Shown piece after piece: positions 39,073 to 50,224 of a stretch of 64,000 bases of DNA. Position numbers and translations under genes: made by a program. The notes beneath the pieces are model-generated. The model did not search any database and had not been told where the DNA came from. It saw nothing but the letters and a program-made list of their open reading frames with translations. Within the stretch, counting starts at the first letter, position 1; every line of letters begins with the position of its first letter. Where the stretch lies: the NCBI GenBank assembly GCA_964582375.1, contig CAZORL010000001.1, positions 13,769 to 77,768 on the forward strand. Reading direction: 5' to 3'. The DNA is from an uncultured Lachnospiraceae bacterium (lineage in GTDB: Bacteria; Bacillota; Clostridia; Oscillospirales; CAG-272).

Positions 39073-40800
39073 ATGCGTGTTAGTAAAATGCTCGGTGAGC
39101 GTCTTAAAGAAGCACCGAAGGATTGTGTTATAGAAAGCCACGCTCTGATGATCAGAGGCGGCTATATGAAATATGTAAGCAACGGAAGCTACTCTCTTTT
39201 TATGCCGACAAGGCGCATAACAAGAAAGATCGAGAATATCATCCGTGAGGAAATGGATAAGATCGACGGTCAGGAAGTTCTTTTCCCTGTCGTAATGCCT
39301 GCATCCCTGTGGGAACAGTCGGGCAGATATACATCGATAGGATCCGAGATGGCTCGTTTCAACGATCGCTCGGGCAACCCCATGGTGCTCGGTATGACCC
39401 ATGAAGAGGCGGCTGTTCAGCTTGCGCGCGATACAGCGAAATCCTATACCGATTTTCCGTTCATGATATATCAGCTTCAAACGAAATTCCGCGATGAGCC
39501 TCGTGCTCGCGGCGGTCTTATCCGCGTGCGCGAATTTACAATGAAAGACGCCTACTCCTTCCATACGAGCCAAGAGGATCTCGAAGAATACTATAAGCGT
39601 TGCTATGACGCTTATGTTCGCATCTATAAGCGTGCGGGTGCGAAAAATGTCGTTGCCGTAAAATCCGACTCGGGCATGATGGGCGGTGCTGTTTCACATG
39701 AGTTTATGCTGCTCTCCGAGATAGGCGAGGATACGCTTGCCATATGTACCGATTGCGATTATAAGGCAAATGTCGAGGCGGCGGAATGTATCGTCGATAG
39801 CCGATCGGACGAAGAGCTCGCCGAGCTTGCCACGATCGATACCCCGAATGTCAAGACGATCGATGCACTCTGCTCGATGCTTCACCTGAAGGCAAAGAAG
39901 CTTTGCAAAGCGGTCGTTTATCAGGAAAACGATACAGATAAGTATGTTGTAGCGTTTATCAGAGGCGATCTTGAGGTAAATGAGACCAAACTGAGAAATT
40001 ATCTCGGTAAGAATATACATCCCGCAACCGAAATAACAGAGGATTCGAAGATCACGGCAGGATTTATCGGTCCTGTCGGCTTTGAAGGCAAGGCGACCGT
40101 CGTATTCGACAGATCTCTCGAACATGCGGTAAATCTCGTGTGCGGTGCAAACAAGCCCGATACTCACATAACGGGCTTTACTCCCTCGCGCGATCTTGCG
40201 GAGAATACGGTGTATGTCGATGTTGCCAAGGCAACAAACGGAGGCGTATGCCCGATCTGCGGCAGACATTCGATCAAGCTCTTTAAGGGTATTGAGGTCG
40301 GTAACATATTCCAGCTCGGGACTAAATATACAAAATCGATGGGCATGACCTATCTTGACGCCGAAGGACAGAGGCAGTACCCGATAATGGGCTGCTACGG
40401 AATCGGTGTCGGCAGACTTTGTGCATCCATCTGTCAGGAAAGCCACGATCAGTACGGACCGATATGGCCTATGCCGATCGCACCCTGGCAGGTCGAGATT
40501 TGCAATCTCCGCCCGGATGATGAAACGGTGAACAGCACTGCGGAAGGGCTTTACGAGAGCCTCGAAAAGGTTGGCGTTGAAGTGCTCTACGACGATCGTA
40601 ACATTCGTCCCGGCTCGATGTTCGCCGATGCAGATCTGTTCGGCATACCGATCCGTATTGTTGTCAGCCCCAAGACCTGCGAAAAAGGTGTCGTTGAGCT
40701 TGCTACTCGCGACAAGAGCATCAAAAAGGATGTTCCGATCGATAATGCGATCGACGAGATAAGATCGCTTATCGACCAACTCATGGCAGCATATAACTGA
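39073..40800 (+). CDS. proS: Prolyl-tRNA synthetase with editing insertion domain
   Basis: THEE, KFRDEPRARGGLIRVREFTMKDAYSF, GIEVGNIFQLG, MGCYGIG. Confidence 0.97.
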   Translation: MRVSKMLGERLKEAPKDCVIESHALMIRGGYMKYVSNGSYSLFMPTRRITRKIENIIREEMDKIDGQEVLFPVVMPASLWEQSGRYTSIGSEMARFNDRSGNPMVLGMTHEEAAVQLARDTAKSYTDFPFMIYQLQTKFRDEPRARGGLIRVREFTMKDAYSFHTSQEDLEEYYKRCYDAYVRIYKRAGAKNVVAVKSDSGMMGGAVSHEFMLLSEIGEDTLAICTDCDYKANVEAAECIVDSRSDEELAELATIDTPNVKTIDALCSMLHLKAKKLCKAVVYQENDTDKYVVAFIRGDLEVNETKLRNYLGKNIHPATEITEDSKITAGFIGPVGFEGKATVVFDRSLEHAVNLVCGANKPDTHITGFTPSRDLAENTVYVDVAKATNGGVCPICGRHSIKLFKGIEVGNIFQLGTKYTKSMGMTYLDAEGQRQYPIMGCYGIGVGRLCASICQESHDQYGPIWPMPIAPWQVEICNLRPDDETVNSTAEGLYESLEKVGVEVLYDDRNIRPGSMFADADLFGIPIRIVVSPKTCEKGVVELATRDKSIKKDVPIDNAIDEIRSLIDQLMAAYN

Positions 40801-41064
40801 TTTTTTGACCGATACAGGGCACTTTGCTCTGTGTCGGTCTGCTTTTTTGCCCGATTTACCGAAAGCAGAATCGATTCTTCGTCAAGTTGCACAAAAACAG
40901 AAGGTCAAATTTGTGCAATATGTTGAAATTCTTTTTTCTTCCGAAAAAGTGTTGCGAAAATCGAAAAAATAGTGTATAATAGTGTATAATTAGAGAATGA
41001 CAATCGGAGCATACGATACAGCATACCATAAATCAATTTTTAGCCATTGAAAGGGGCGATTATT

Positions 41065-43131
41065 ATGAAACAGTATAACGCAAAAAACATCAGGAACGTG
41101 GCACTTGTCGGACATGCGGGCGCAGGAAAAACATCACTCGCAGAGGCGGCGTTTTATCTGACGGGCAAGTCCGACAGATTCGGCAAGGTTGCCGACGGAA
41201 CGACCGTATCCGATTTTGATCCCGAGGAGATCAAAAGAAAAGCATCCATATCAATGTCTCTTGTTCCCACTGAGTGGAAGGATGTCAAGATAAACCTGCT
41301 CGACAGCCCGGGACTTTTTGATTTCACGGGCGGAGTCAGCGAGGCAATACGTGCGGCAGGATCAGCAGTTATCGTCGTTTCGGGAAAGAGCGGCGTTTCG
41401 GTCGGTACTGAAAAGGGATTTGCCGCGGCAACCAAAAAGGGAATCGCAAAGCTGTTCTTTGTCAACAAGCTTGACAGCGAACACGCCGATTTCTATAAGG
41501 TCTTTGAAGATCTGAAATCCACCTTCGGACCGATGGTCTGTCCGCTGGTCGTTCCTTATGTTGTCGATCATAAGGTAAAATCCTACATAAATCTTCTCGA
41601 GTTCCGTGCGTATGAGTACAAGAACGGCAAGGCGACCGAGGTTCCCATGCCCGATATGGGTCACAGACTTGACGGACTTCGTGCCGCTATAAATGAGGCT
41701 GTCGCAGAGACCTCCGAGGATCTCATGGAAAAATATTTCGCAGGCGAGGAGTTCACACCCGACGAGCTTATCATGGGCATCGCAAACGGCGTTCGCCGCG
41801 GCGAGATCGCACCTGTATTCTGCGGCGCAACACAGCTTCTCGAGGGCGTCGATCAGCTTCTCAACGGACTTATTTGGCTTGCTCCTTGGGCAGAAACGGT
41901 CGCAGGTGAGACCGGACACGACATGGCAGGTGAGCCTGTCAAGCTGACAGTCAACGAGGAAGCACAGCCTGTCGTTACAGTCTTCAAGACTGTCGTTGAC
42001 CCGTTCGTCGGCAAACTGCAGTATTTTAAGGTCATAAGCGGTAAGGTCACTCCCGATACTGCTCTGCTGAATGTCCGCACCGGAACTGTCGAAAAATTCA
42101 ATAAGATCATGTACGTTTGCGGTAAAAAGCAGGAAACTGCTCAGTGCATAGTCGCAGGAGACATAGGTGCGGTTGCAAAGCTTGCATCGACCTGCACGGG
42201 CGATACACTTTGTTCGCCCTCAAGACCCATATCTCTGCCCGGCGTTAATTTCGACCGTCCCTGCCTCTCGATGGCAGTTTTCCCTGCAAACAAGGGAGAA
42301 GAAGAGAAGATATTCGCAGGGCTTGCAAGACTTGCCGAGGAAGATCCCACGATATCCTTCGAGACTAACCGCGAGACTCGCGAGACTGTGCTTTCGGGAC
42401 TTGGCGAACAGCATCTTGATGTTATCGTATCGAAGCTTAAATCAAAATTCGGCGTCGATGTAACGCTTGCTGTTCCGAAGGTCGCTTACAGAGAGACCAT
42501 TCGCAAGAAGGTCCAAGTTCAGGGACGCCATAAGAAACAGTCGGGCGGCAGAGGTCAGTTTGGTGATATCTGGGTCGAGTTCGAACCTTGCGACAGCGAA
42601 GAGATGATCTTTGATGAGCGTGTCGTCGGCGGTGCTGTTCCGAAAAACTATTTCCCGGCAGTCGAAAAGGGACTTCGCGAGTCGGCTCAGAAGGGCGTGC
42701 TTGCAGGATTCCCGATGGTCGGGCTTAAGGCAACCCTTTATGATGGTTCTTACCACCCCGTCGATTCGTCCGAAATGGCGTTCAAACTTGCAGCGAATAT
42801 TGCATATAAGAACGGTATTCCGCAGGCATCTCCCGTTCTTCTCGAACCGATCGGAAGACTTTGTGCATATGTTCCGTCCTATAACACGGGCGATATCATG
42901 GGCGACATCACAAAACGCCGCGGCAGAGTAAACGGTATGAATCCCGCAGATGATAACCTTACCTGTATCGAGGCTGAGGTTCCGATTGCCGAGACAGGCG
43001 ATTTTGCTACAATGCTTCGCTCGACAACGCAGGGCAGGGGCTATTACACCATCGAGTTTGCTCGCTATGAGGAGGCTCCCATGTCGGTAGCTCAAAAGGT
43101 TATGGAGACCTACAAGACCGACGACGAGTAA
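41065..43131 (+). CDS. fusA2: Elongation factor G paralogue (EF-G2 type)
   Basis: GHAGAGKT, DSPGLFDF, NKLD, HKKQSGGRGQFG; outside the str operon. Confidence 0.88.
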   Translation: MKQYNAKNIRNVALVGHAGAGKTSLAEAAFYLTGKSDRFGKVADGTTVSDFDPEEIKRKASISMSLVPTEWKDVKINLLDSPGLFDFTGGVSEAIRAAGSAVIVVSGKSGVSVGTEKGFAAATKKGIAKLFFVNKLDSEHADFYKVFEDLKSTFGPMVCPLVVPYVVDHKVKSYINLLEFRAYEYKNGKATEVPMPDMGHRLDGLRAAINEAVAETSEDLMEKYFAGEEFTPDELIMGIANGVRRGEIAPVFCGATQLLEGVDQLLNGLIWLAPWAETVAGETGHDMAGEPVKLTVNEEAQPVVTVFKTVVDPFVGKLQYFKVISGKVTPDTALLNVRTGTVEKFNKIMYVCGKKQETAQCIVAGDIGAVAKLASTCTGDTLCSPSRPISLPGVNFDRPCLSMAVFPANKGEEEKIFAGLARLAEEDPTISFETNRETRETVLSGLGEQHLDVIVSKLKSKFGVDVTLAVPKVAYRETIRKKVQVQGRHKKQSGGRGQFGDIWVEFEPCDSEEMIFDERVVGGAVPKNYFPAVEKGLRESAQKGVLAGFPMVGLKATLYDGSYHPVDSSEMAFKLAANIAYKNGIPQASPVLLEPIGRLCAYVPSYNTGDIMGDITKRRGRVNGMNPADDNLTCIEAEVPIAETGDFATMLRSTTQGRGYYTIEFARYEEAPMSVAQKVMETYKTDDE

Positions 43132-43154
43132 ACCATTCAATATTGCTAATAAGC

Positions 43155-43187
43155 AAAGCTCCGAGGTCTCTTTGCCTCGGAGCTTTT
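43155..43187 (+). terminator. Intrinsic terminator
   Basis: AAAGCTCCGAGG...CCTCGGAGCTTTT. Confidence 0.75.
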
Positions 43188-43208
43188 GTAAAAATGGAGA
43201 GGCTGAAT

Positions 43209-44915
43209 ATGAATATCCCAAAAAATGAATATCCGCGCCCTTTGATGGTGCGTGAGAGCTTTATTAATTTGAACGGCAAATGGCAGTTTGAGATCGACCA
43301 TGCCAATACGGGCATGGAGAGAAGGTTCTGGCAACGTGAGTCGCTGAGTGATGAGATCCTTGTGCCGTATGCACCCGAATCAAAGCTTTCGGGTATCGGC
43401 AACATCGATTTTATGCTTGCGGTGTGGTACAGACGCGAGTTTGATCTGCCGAAGATCGAAAAAGATAAGCGAATACTTTTCCACATCGATGCCTGCGATT
43501 ATCGCACGGTCGTTTTCATCAACGGCAAGCGTGTCGGCGAGCATGTCGGAGGATATACGCCATTTTATTTTGATATCACCGATGCCGCAATAACCGATGG
43601 CAAGAACACCGTTGTCGTTTATGCATATGATAACACCCGCGATCCTCTTCAACCTACCGGAAAGCAGGATGAGGTGTACGATAATGTTCATAAATGTTGG
43701 CGTTATACAAGAACGACAGGAATATGGCAGACTGTTTGGATCGAGATCGTTGACGAGCTTTATATCGAAAAGATAAAAATGACCCCGGATGTTGACAACA
43801 GACAGCTTCGCTTAAGAGTTGAGTCAAACAGATGTGCCCACGATGAGATCTTGTCGGTTGGAATAAGCTATAAGGGCGAACATATATCGTCAGCTGAAAT
43901 AGCCTTTGACGGCAAATATGTCGAAATAGATCTGCCTGTGTCCGGTGATCATCTTTGGTATCCGGGCTCTCCCGAACTTTATGATATCGCCATTTCGCTC
44001 GGGGATGATATCGTTGAGAGCTATTTCGCAATGCGAAAGGTCGCGATAAACGGATACGCTGTCGAGATCAATGACAGACCTATATTCCAAAGGCTCGTGC
44101 TTGATCAAGGGTACTACGGAGAAGGACTGTATACCGCTCCGTCGGGCGACTTTTACAGACGCGAGATAGAGCTTGCGATTGAGGCGGGCTTTAACGGAGC
44201 ACGAATGCACGAGAAGATATTCGAACCCTACTATCTCTATTGGGCAGACCGTCTCGGATATATGCTCTGGGGCGAGTATCCGAACTACGATTGGAACGAT
44301 TCCGACCCTGCCGCACTCTATCATATGCTCCCTGAATGGCTGGAGGCGGTCGAGCGTGACTATAACCATCCGTCGGTGGTCGGATGGACACCCGGCAATG
44401 AGGTCACCGCTTGGCGTATCGATCGCAACTATATCCTCCTTTATGATGTAACACGTGCGATCGATCCGATGCGACCGATCATAGATACGTCAGGCTGGAC
44501 TCACGCAAAGACCGATATCTATGATAGCCACGACTACAGTGAGGGCGAGGAGTTTGCAAAGCACCACTCTAACGACGCCGAGCCGTATATCAGCATAGGA
44601 TGGGGCAGATCGACCCCCGCTCCGTATGAGGGACAACCTTATTTCGTCTCCGAGTTCGGTGCACGAGCCGTCAATATCGAAACGCACACGCCGACTGATG
44701 AAGAACTTGAGCGATTCTATAAGAGTTTCAAAGAACAGGTCGATGTTCTGATGGATAATAAACGTATGTGCGCGTTTTGCTACTGTCAGTGGTGTGACTC
44801 GGCAGAGCGTGAGTGCAACGGCTTTATCACGCAGGACAGACGCAAAAAGTATGATTTTGCCCGTACACGCGAGATAATGAGCCGTAAAGCGGCAATTGAA
44901 ATAACGAAAGAATAA
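43209..44915 (+). CDS. Glycoside hydrolase family 2, copy 1
   Basis: EYPRP, LNGKWQF, TGIWQTVW, LDQGYY, NE acid/base, SEFG nucleophile. Confidence 0.88.
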   Translation: MNIPKNEYPRPLMVRESFINLNGKWQFEIDHANTGMERRFWQRESLSDEILVPYAPESKLSGIGNIDFMLAVWYRREFDLPKIEKDKRILFHIDACDYRTVVFINGKRVGEHVGGYTPFYFDITDAAITDGKNTVVVYAYDNTRDPLQPTGKQDEVYDNVHKCWRYTRTTGIWQTVWIEIVDELYIEKIKMTPDVDNRQLRLRVESNRCAHDEILSVGISYKGEHISSAEIAFDGKYVEIDLPVSGDHLWYPGSPELYDIAISLGDDIVESYFAMRKVAINGYAVEINDRPIFQRLVLDQGYYGEGLYTAPSGDFYRREIELAIEAGFNGARMHEKIFEPYYLYWADRLGYMLWGEYPNYDWNDSDPAALYHMLPEWLEAVERDYNHPSVVGWTPGNEVTAWRIDRNYILLYDVTRAIDPMRPIIDTSGWTHAKTDIYDSHDYSEGEEFAKHHSNDAEPYISIGWGRSTPAPYEGQPYFVSEFGARAVNIETHTPTDEELERFYKSFKEQVDVLMDNKRMCAFCYCQWCDSAERECNGFITQDRRKKYDFARTREIMSRKAAIEITKE

Positions 44916-44933
44916 CAACAAAAGGAGCACATT

Positions 44934-46664
44934 ATGACAGAAAATAACAAAAATATCATTCCGCGTCCCGAATATCCTCGCCCGAGACTGACGAGAGAGC
45001 GCGGATGGATGAACCTCAACGGCAAATGGCAATTTGAGATCGATTACTCAAACAGCGGCATAGAAAGAAATTTCAAGGATCGAACCGATTTTGAAGGCGA
45101 GATAATCGTGCCCTTCGTCCCCGAATGCGAGCTTTCGGGCGTCGGCGTCACCGATTATATGAAGGCTCTCTGGTATAGGCGTACCTTTACACTTGAGCAA
45201 AAGGATCTTTTCGGCAGGGTGCTTCTGCATTTTGGTGCTGTTGACTACAGGTGTGAGGCTTTTGTCAACGGAAAGTCGGTCGGACGCCATGTCGGCGGAT
45301 TTACGCCTTTTTCGTTTGATGTGACAGATGTCGTCGGCGAGGGCGAAAACTCGATCGTTTTGTATGTTTATGATGATACCCGCGACAGGCTTCAACCGAG
45401 CGGTAAACAATGTATGAGGTATGATAACTATGCCGCATATTACACTCGCTGTACCGGTATTTGGCAGACTGTCTGGCTCGAATTTGTGCCCGATGTCTAT
45501 GTCGAAAAGCTAAAGCTCACTCCCGATGTCGATCACGAGCGGCTTCTCGTAACGCTGTCGCTTAATAAACGCTTTGACGGAAATGTCATCGCATCGGCAA
45601 GCTATAAGGGCACGCCCACCACATCGGTCGATATCACCTGCGGCGGCAAATACGTCGAGTTTTCGCTCGATATCGAAGATGCACACCTTTGGTTTCCCGA
45701 ATCACCCGAGCTTTACGATCTTGAAATAACCGTCGGTGAGGATCATATCAAGACCTATTTCGGCATGCGCAAGGTCGCGATAAAGGGATATGCGATCGAG
45801 ATAAACGACCGCCCGATATATCAGAGACTTGTTCTCGATCAGGGCTACTACCCGACAGGAATTTATACCGCACCGTCTGATGAAGATATCAAACGTGATA
45901 TAGAACTTGCAAAAGCGGTCGGATTTAACGGCGCAAGAATGCACATGAAGGTCTTCGAACCTGCGTACAGCTACTATGCCGATCATCTCGGTTACCTTAT
46001 TTGGGGTGAGTATCCGAACTGGGGGCTTGATATCAGCGACCCTGCGGCACTTCTGTCAATGCTCCCCGAGTGGCTTGAGGCAGTCGAGCGTGACTACAAC
46101 AGCCCCGCGCTTGTCGGTTGGTGTCCGTTTAACGAGACGCAAAGCAACCGTCTCACGCGCATATACGATATCGTCTTCGATGTTACGCGCGCGATCGACC
46201 CGATGCGCCCTATAATCGATACATCGGGCTGGACACATGGCGGCAAGACAGATATATTCGATGTTCATGATTACGATCAAGACCCCGTGACATTTGCCGA
46301 GAGGTACAAATTCCTCATCACGGGTGAGGGCGAACGCTACGTTTGCCGTAACAGCCCGGACACTTATCATGACGAACCCTACTTCGTTTCCGAGTTTGGC
46401 GGCACTCATTGGGATATCGATGCCGACGGCTCGTCGGGATGGGGCTACGGAAACGCACCGAGCAGTATTGATGAGGTGTATTATCGAATTGAGGGCTTTG
46501 TGAACGCACTGCTTGACAATCCCAAAATGTGCGGATTCTGCTATACTCAGCTGACCGATGTCATGCAGGAGAAAAACGGCATTTATTCGTACGATCGCCG
46601 TGAAAAATTCGACCGTGAACGCCTTTATAAGCTTATGACGCGAAAGGCAGCCATCGAAGAATAA
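44934..46664 (+). CDS. Glycoside hydrolase family 2, copy 2
   Basis: Same motif set: EYPRP, LDQGYYPTGIYTAP, FNE, SEFGG. Confidence 0.9.
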   Translation: MTENNKNIIPRPEYPRPRLTRERGWMNLNGKWQFEIDYSNSGIERNFKDRTDFEGEIIVPFVPECELSGVGVTDYMKALWYRRTFTLEQKDLFGRVLLHFGAVDYRCEAFVNGKSVGRHVGGFTPFSFDVTDVVGEGENSIVLYVYDDTRDRLQPSGKQCMRYDNYAAYYTRCTGIWQTVWLEFVPDVYVEKLKLTPDVDHERLLVTLSLNKRFDGNVIASASYKGTPTTSVDITCGGKYVEFSLDIEDAHLWFPESPELYDLEITVGEDHIKTYFGMRKVAIKGYAIEINDRPIYQRLVLDQGYYPTGIYTAPSDEDIKRDIELAKAVGFNGARMHMKVFEPAYSYYADHLGYLIWGEYPNWGLDISDPAALLSMLPEWLEAVERDYNSPALVGWCPFNETQSNRLTRIYDIVFDVTRAIDPMRPIIDTSGWTHGGKTDIFDVHDYDQDPVTFAERYKFLITGEGERYVCRNSPDTYHDEPYFVSEFGGTHWDIDADGSSGWGYGNAPSSIDEVYYRIEGFVNALLDNPKMCGFCYTQLTDVMQEKNGIYSYDRREKFDRERLYKLMTRKAAIEE

Positions 46665-46675
46665 TGAAAACAAAT

Positions 46676-46718
46676 AAACCACTTTCATCTCAAAAAAGCG
46701 AGATGAAAGTGGTTTTTT
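46676..46718. terminator. Bidirectional terminator between GH2 and clpB
   Basis: AAACCACTTTCATCTC...GAGATGAAAGTGGTTT. Confidence 0.8.
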
Positions 46719-46720
46719 GA

Positions 46721-49306
46721 TCATCTGACGACCAAAGCGTCGCCGCTCACATCGACCGTTATTGTCGTGTCGGGAGACGGATCGTTCCCGATTATATAGC
46801 GTGCGATGAGAGTCTCGACCTTTGATTGAATATATCTCTTGAGCGGACGCGCACCGAATATCGGATCGTACCCCTCATCGATCATCTTGCCCTTGGCGGT
46901 ATCGGTTACAAAAAGTTTTAACTGCTTGTCGGCAAGACGGTTCTTGAGATCGTCAAGCATCAGATCGACAATTGCTCGAATGTCATCCTTGCCAAGCGGC
47001 TTAAAGCAGGTGATCTCGTCAAGCCTGTTGAGAAACTCGGGACGGAAATATTGTTTCAGTAGGGCATTCACCGAGTCCTTTGCCGCCGCGGTGATCTGAC
47101 CTCCGTCCTCGATAGATGAAAGCAGAATGTCCGAGCCGAGATTAGAGGTCAGAATTATGATCGTGTTCTTGAAATCGACTGTTCTGCCCTTTGAGTCGGT
47201 GATACGCCCGTCGTCAAGTACCTGAAGGAGAACGTTGAAGACATCCGGATGTGCCTTTTCTATCTCGTCGAACAGAATTACCGAGTACGGACGACGACGT
47301 ACTGCCTCGGTAAGCTGTCCGCCTTCGTCATATCCGACATAGCCGGGAGGTGCTCCGATAAGGCGTGCGACCGAGTGTTTCTCCATGTATTCGGACATGT
47401 CGATCCTGATCATCGCATGCTCATCGTCAAAGAGTATCTCGGCAAGCGTTTTCGCAAGCTCGGTCTTGCCGACACCGGTCGGACCGAGGAACAAAAACGA
47501 GCCAAGTGGGCGGTTGGGATTTTGTATCCCCGCACGCGATCTGATTATGGCATCGCAAACGGCATCAACCGCATCATCCTGACCGATAACACGACGATGG
47601 ACCGTTTCGGGCAGACGAAGAAGCTTTTTCTTTTCGCCCTCCATCAGCTTCGAGACGGGAATTTTCGTCCACCGTGCTACTATCTCGGCGATCTCCTCGT
47701 CGGTGACACTGCTGTGGAGATATTGCTTGCCGCCGCTCTGCTTTTCGGCGATCTCTGCCTCCTCAAGCTCCTTTTGCAGACGGGGAAGGGTGGAATACCG
47801 AAGCTCTGCCGCCTTTGAGAGATCGTAACCTTGCGCCGATTGAGCGTTTTCTATCTGCTCGTTCACAGCCTCTATCTCCTCGCGAAGCTTTTGTACTCTG
47901 CCGATCGATGATTTTTCGCTCTCCCATTTTGCCTTCATCGCCGAGAATTCCTCGCGAAGCTCGGCAAGCTCGCGTTGCAGATCGGACAGCCTTTCGGCAG
48001 ATAGCTTGTCAGTCTCCTTTTTGAGCGCCGCTTCCTCTATTTCAAGCTGCATAATGCGTCTTCGCTTCTCGTCAAGCTCGCTTGGCATCGAGTTCATCTC
48101 GGACTTTATCATCGCACATGCCTCGTCAACGAGGTCGATTGCTTTGTCGGGGAGAAATCTGTCCGAAATATATCTGTTTGACAGCGTTGCGGCGGCGATA
48201 AGCGCATTGTCGTGTATTTTTACACCGTGATAGACCTCGTATCGCTCTTTCAGACCGCGAAGAATGGATATCGTGTCCTCGACATTCGGTTCGGGCACAA
48301 GCACCGGTTGAAAACGCCTCTCAAGCGCGGCATCCTTCTCGATGTATTTTCTATATTCATTCAGCGTCGTCGCTCCTATGCAGTGAAGCTCACCGCGGGC
48401 AAGCAACGGCTTTAACAGATTGCCTGCGTCCATTGAACCCTCTGTTGCACCCGCACCGACTATCGTGTGAAGCTCGTCGATGAAAAGTATGATCTTTCCG
48501 TTCGAACTTTTGACCTCTCCGAGCACCGCCTTGAGCCGCTCCTCAAATTCGCCTCTGAATTTCGCACCTGCAACGAGTGCGCCCATGTCAAGCGAGAAAA
48601 GGGTAGTGTCTTTAAGATTAGCGGGCACGTCACCCTTGACGATCCTCTGTGCAAGCCCTTCGGCAATTGCTGTCTTGCCAACGCCGGGCTCACCGATCAA
48701 GCAGGGATTGTTCTTCGTCTTGCGGCTTAGTATGCGAACAACGCTTGCGATCTCCTCGTCCCTGCCGATGACAGGATCGAGCTTTTGCGCCCTCGCTCGC
48801 TCGCAAAGGTCACTGCCGTATTTCTTCAGAACATCGTATGTTGCCTCCGGATTGTCACTGTCAGCCGATCTGTTGCCACGCACATCCTTTAGCACCTTGA
48901 GAAATTCGCCGCGTCGCACGCCAAAATCGTCGAGCATCCGCTTGATCTTTGCGCCGCCTTTTTCGAAAACGGCAAGCATTAAATGCTCTGTCGAGACATA
49001 GCTGTCGCGCATCTTGTCAGCCTCGCCCTCGGCAGTGCTCAGCAGTTCGGACAGCTCATTTGATATATACAGTTCTCCGCCCGTAACTCTCGGCAAGCTT
49101 TTTATCATGTCCATCGTATTCTCTCGAATGACGCTTGGCAATGCCGACATTTTCTTTAACAGCTCACAGATCAGTCCGCTCTCATCAGAAAGCAGGGAAG
49201 CGAGCAGATGCTCTGTCCCGACCTGCGCATTTGCATATTCCTCTGCGAGTGATTGCGCACCGCGGAGTGCCTCTTGTGATTTTTGTGTGTATCTTTGTAT
49301 GTTCAT
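46721..49306 (-). CDS. clpB: ClpB disaggregase
   Basis: Two AAA modules ([16 protein letters not shown]), long coiled-coil M domain, GYVG loop. Confidence 0.96.
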   Translation of the reverse strand: MNIQRYTQKSQEALRGAQSLAEEYANAQVGTEHLLASLLSDESGLICELLKKMSALPSVIRENTMDMIKSLPRVTGGELYISNELSELLSTAEGEADKMRDSYVSTEHLMLAVFEKGGAKIKRMLDDFGVRRGEFLKVLKDVRGNRSADSDNPEATYDVLKKYGSDLCERARAQKLDPVIGRDEEIASVVRILSRKTKNNPCLIGEPGVGKTAIAEGLAQRIVKGDVPANLKDTTLFSLDMGALVAGAKFRGEFEERLKAVLGEVKSSNGKIILFIDELHTIVGAGATEGSMDAGNLLKPLLARGELHCIGATTLNEYRKYIEKDAALERRFQPVLVPEPNVEDTISILRGLKERYEVYHGVKIHDNALIAAATLSNRYISDRFLPDKAIDLVDEACAMIKSEMNSMPSELDEKRRRIMQLEIEEAALKKETDKLSAERLSDLQRELAELREEFSAMKAKWESEKSSIGRVQKLREEIEAVNEQIENAQSAQGYDLSKAAELRYSTLPRLQKELEEAEIAEKQSGGKQYLHSSVTDEEIAEIVARWTKIPVSKLMEGEKKKLLRLPETVHRRVIGQDDAVDAVCDAIIRSRAGIQNPNRPLGSFLFLGPTGVGKTELAKTLAEILFDDEHAMIRIDMSEYMEKHSVARLIGAPPGYVGYDEGGQLTEAVRRRPYSVILFDEIEKAHPDVFNVLLQVLDDGRITDSKGRTVDFKNTIIILTSNLGSDILLSSIEDGGQITAAAKDSVNALLKQYFRPEFLNRLDEITCFKPLGKDDIRAIVDLMLDDLKNRLADKQLKLFVTDTAKGKMIDEGYDPIFGARPLKRYIQSKVETLIARYIIGNDPSPDTTITVDVSGDALVVR

Positions 49307-49353
49307 GATCGTTCGTCCTTTCTTTTGTGATATTGATGTATGGATCGCTTACG

Positions 49354-49998
49354 CTATACCGTAAGTCCGCCCGACAGATAGTAATCGGAGCATATTGCGG
49401 CAACCTGCCGTGTGATGGCAGGCGATCGTTCACATCCCGAGGCGAAATAGGCGTCAGCCGCCGCACTTAAATGCTTTGCGTAACTTCCGATGCTTGCCCC
49501 GATCTCAAGCGGCGTGGCTGACGAGGCAGACGGATATAGTTCTCGCGTTATTCGTCCGCTGTCGTAATAATACTCGACGGAGGGCGAATAATTTCTTTCG
49601 ATCTCCTGCCAAAGCTTCATAAAATCAATCAGAAGCATTATAAGTGTTTCACTTCTGCTTCTCATGGATATCCTGAGCCTGCCGACCGTCTCGCCCTCTC
49701 GCGATCTTTGAAGCTCGAGTGTGAATTTCAGCGATGGGTTGTATTTGTAGGTGAGTGCTGTCTTCATCGCGAGTGCGTTTGCGCCTGATGAGACCTTGAC
49801 AAAATCAGTGCCGTCCAGCACTCGCTCGATCTCCTCAAGCGTCTCCCTTATGAGCATCTCGGGGGTCTTGTATGAAACCGCCGAGGCGAGTATTTCGTTG
49901 ATAAGCCCCGAGCGCGGCATGCCCTTTGCGTACGCCAGCTTGTCGATTGCCGTAACTACATCCTCCGAAAGTATCAGTGAGTAAACATTTTTCTTCAT
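49354..49998 (-). CDS. Hypothetical protein with N-terminal ribbon-helix-helix-like domain
   Basis: VYSLILSEDVVTAIDKLAYAKGMPRSGLINEIL fits the CopG/RHH pattern. Confidence 0.6.
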   Translation of the reverse strand: MKKNVYSLILSEDVVTAIDKLAYAKGMPRSGLINEILASAVSYKTPEMLIRETLEEIERVLDGTDFVKVSSGANALAMKTALTYKYNPSLKFTLELQRSREGETVGRLRISMRSRSETLIMLLIDFMKLWQEIERNYSPSVEYYYDSGRITRELYPSASSATPLEIGASIGSYAKHLSAAADAYFASGCERSPAITRQVAAICSDYYLSGGLTV

Positions 49999-50031
49999 CT
50001 CTTGCCCCTTGATCGTTTTTTCTTTGCCATT

Positions 50032-50060
50032 ATTATATCACAAAACTCAAACCGTGTCAA
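50032..50060 (-). promoter_or_regulatory. SigA promoter for RHH gene and clpB
   Basis: TTGACA-17-TATAAT with TG extension on the minus strand. Confidence 0.75.
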
Positions 50061-50224
50061 GAGATTTATATAAAATTACTTGCACAAAATACAAAAAACT
50101 TTGCAAAGTTTTGAGCGACTAAAAATATTTTGTCAAATAACGGCAAACTCTGAAAAAACTATTGCAAATATCCGATAAATGTGGTAAAATATAAAAAATT
50201 TACACAGCAAAAGGACAAACAAAA

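Noticed and set aside
35063-40779. Long antisense ORFs (386 aa and 361 aa)
   Set aside because: Opposite conserved genes, no recognisable motifs; explained by codon bias
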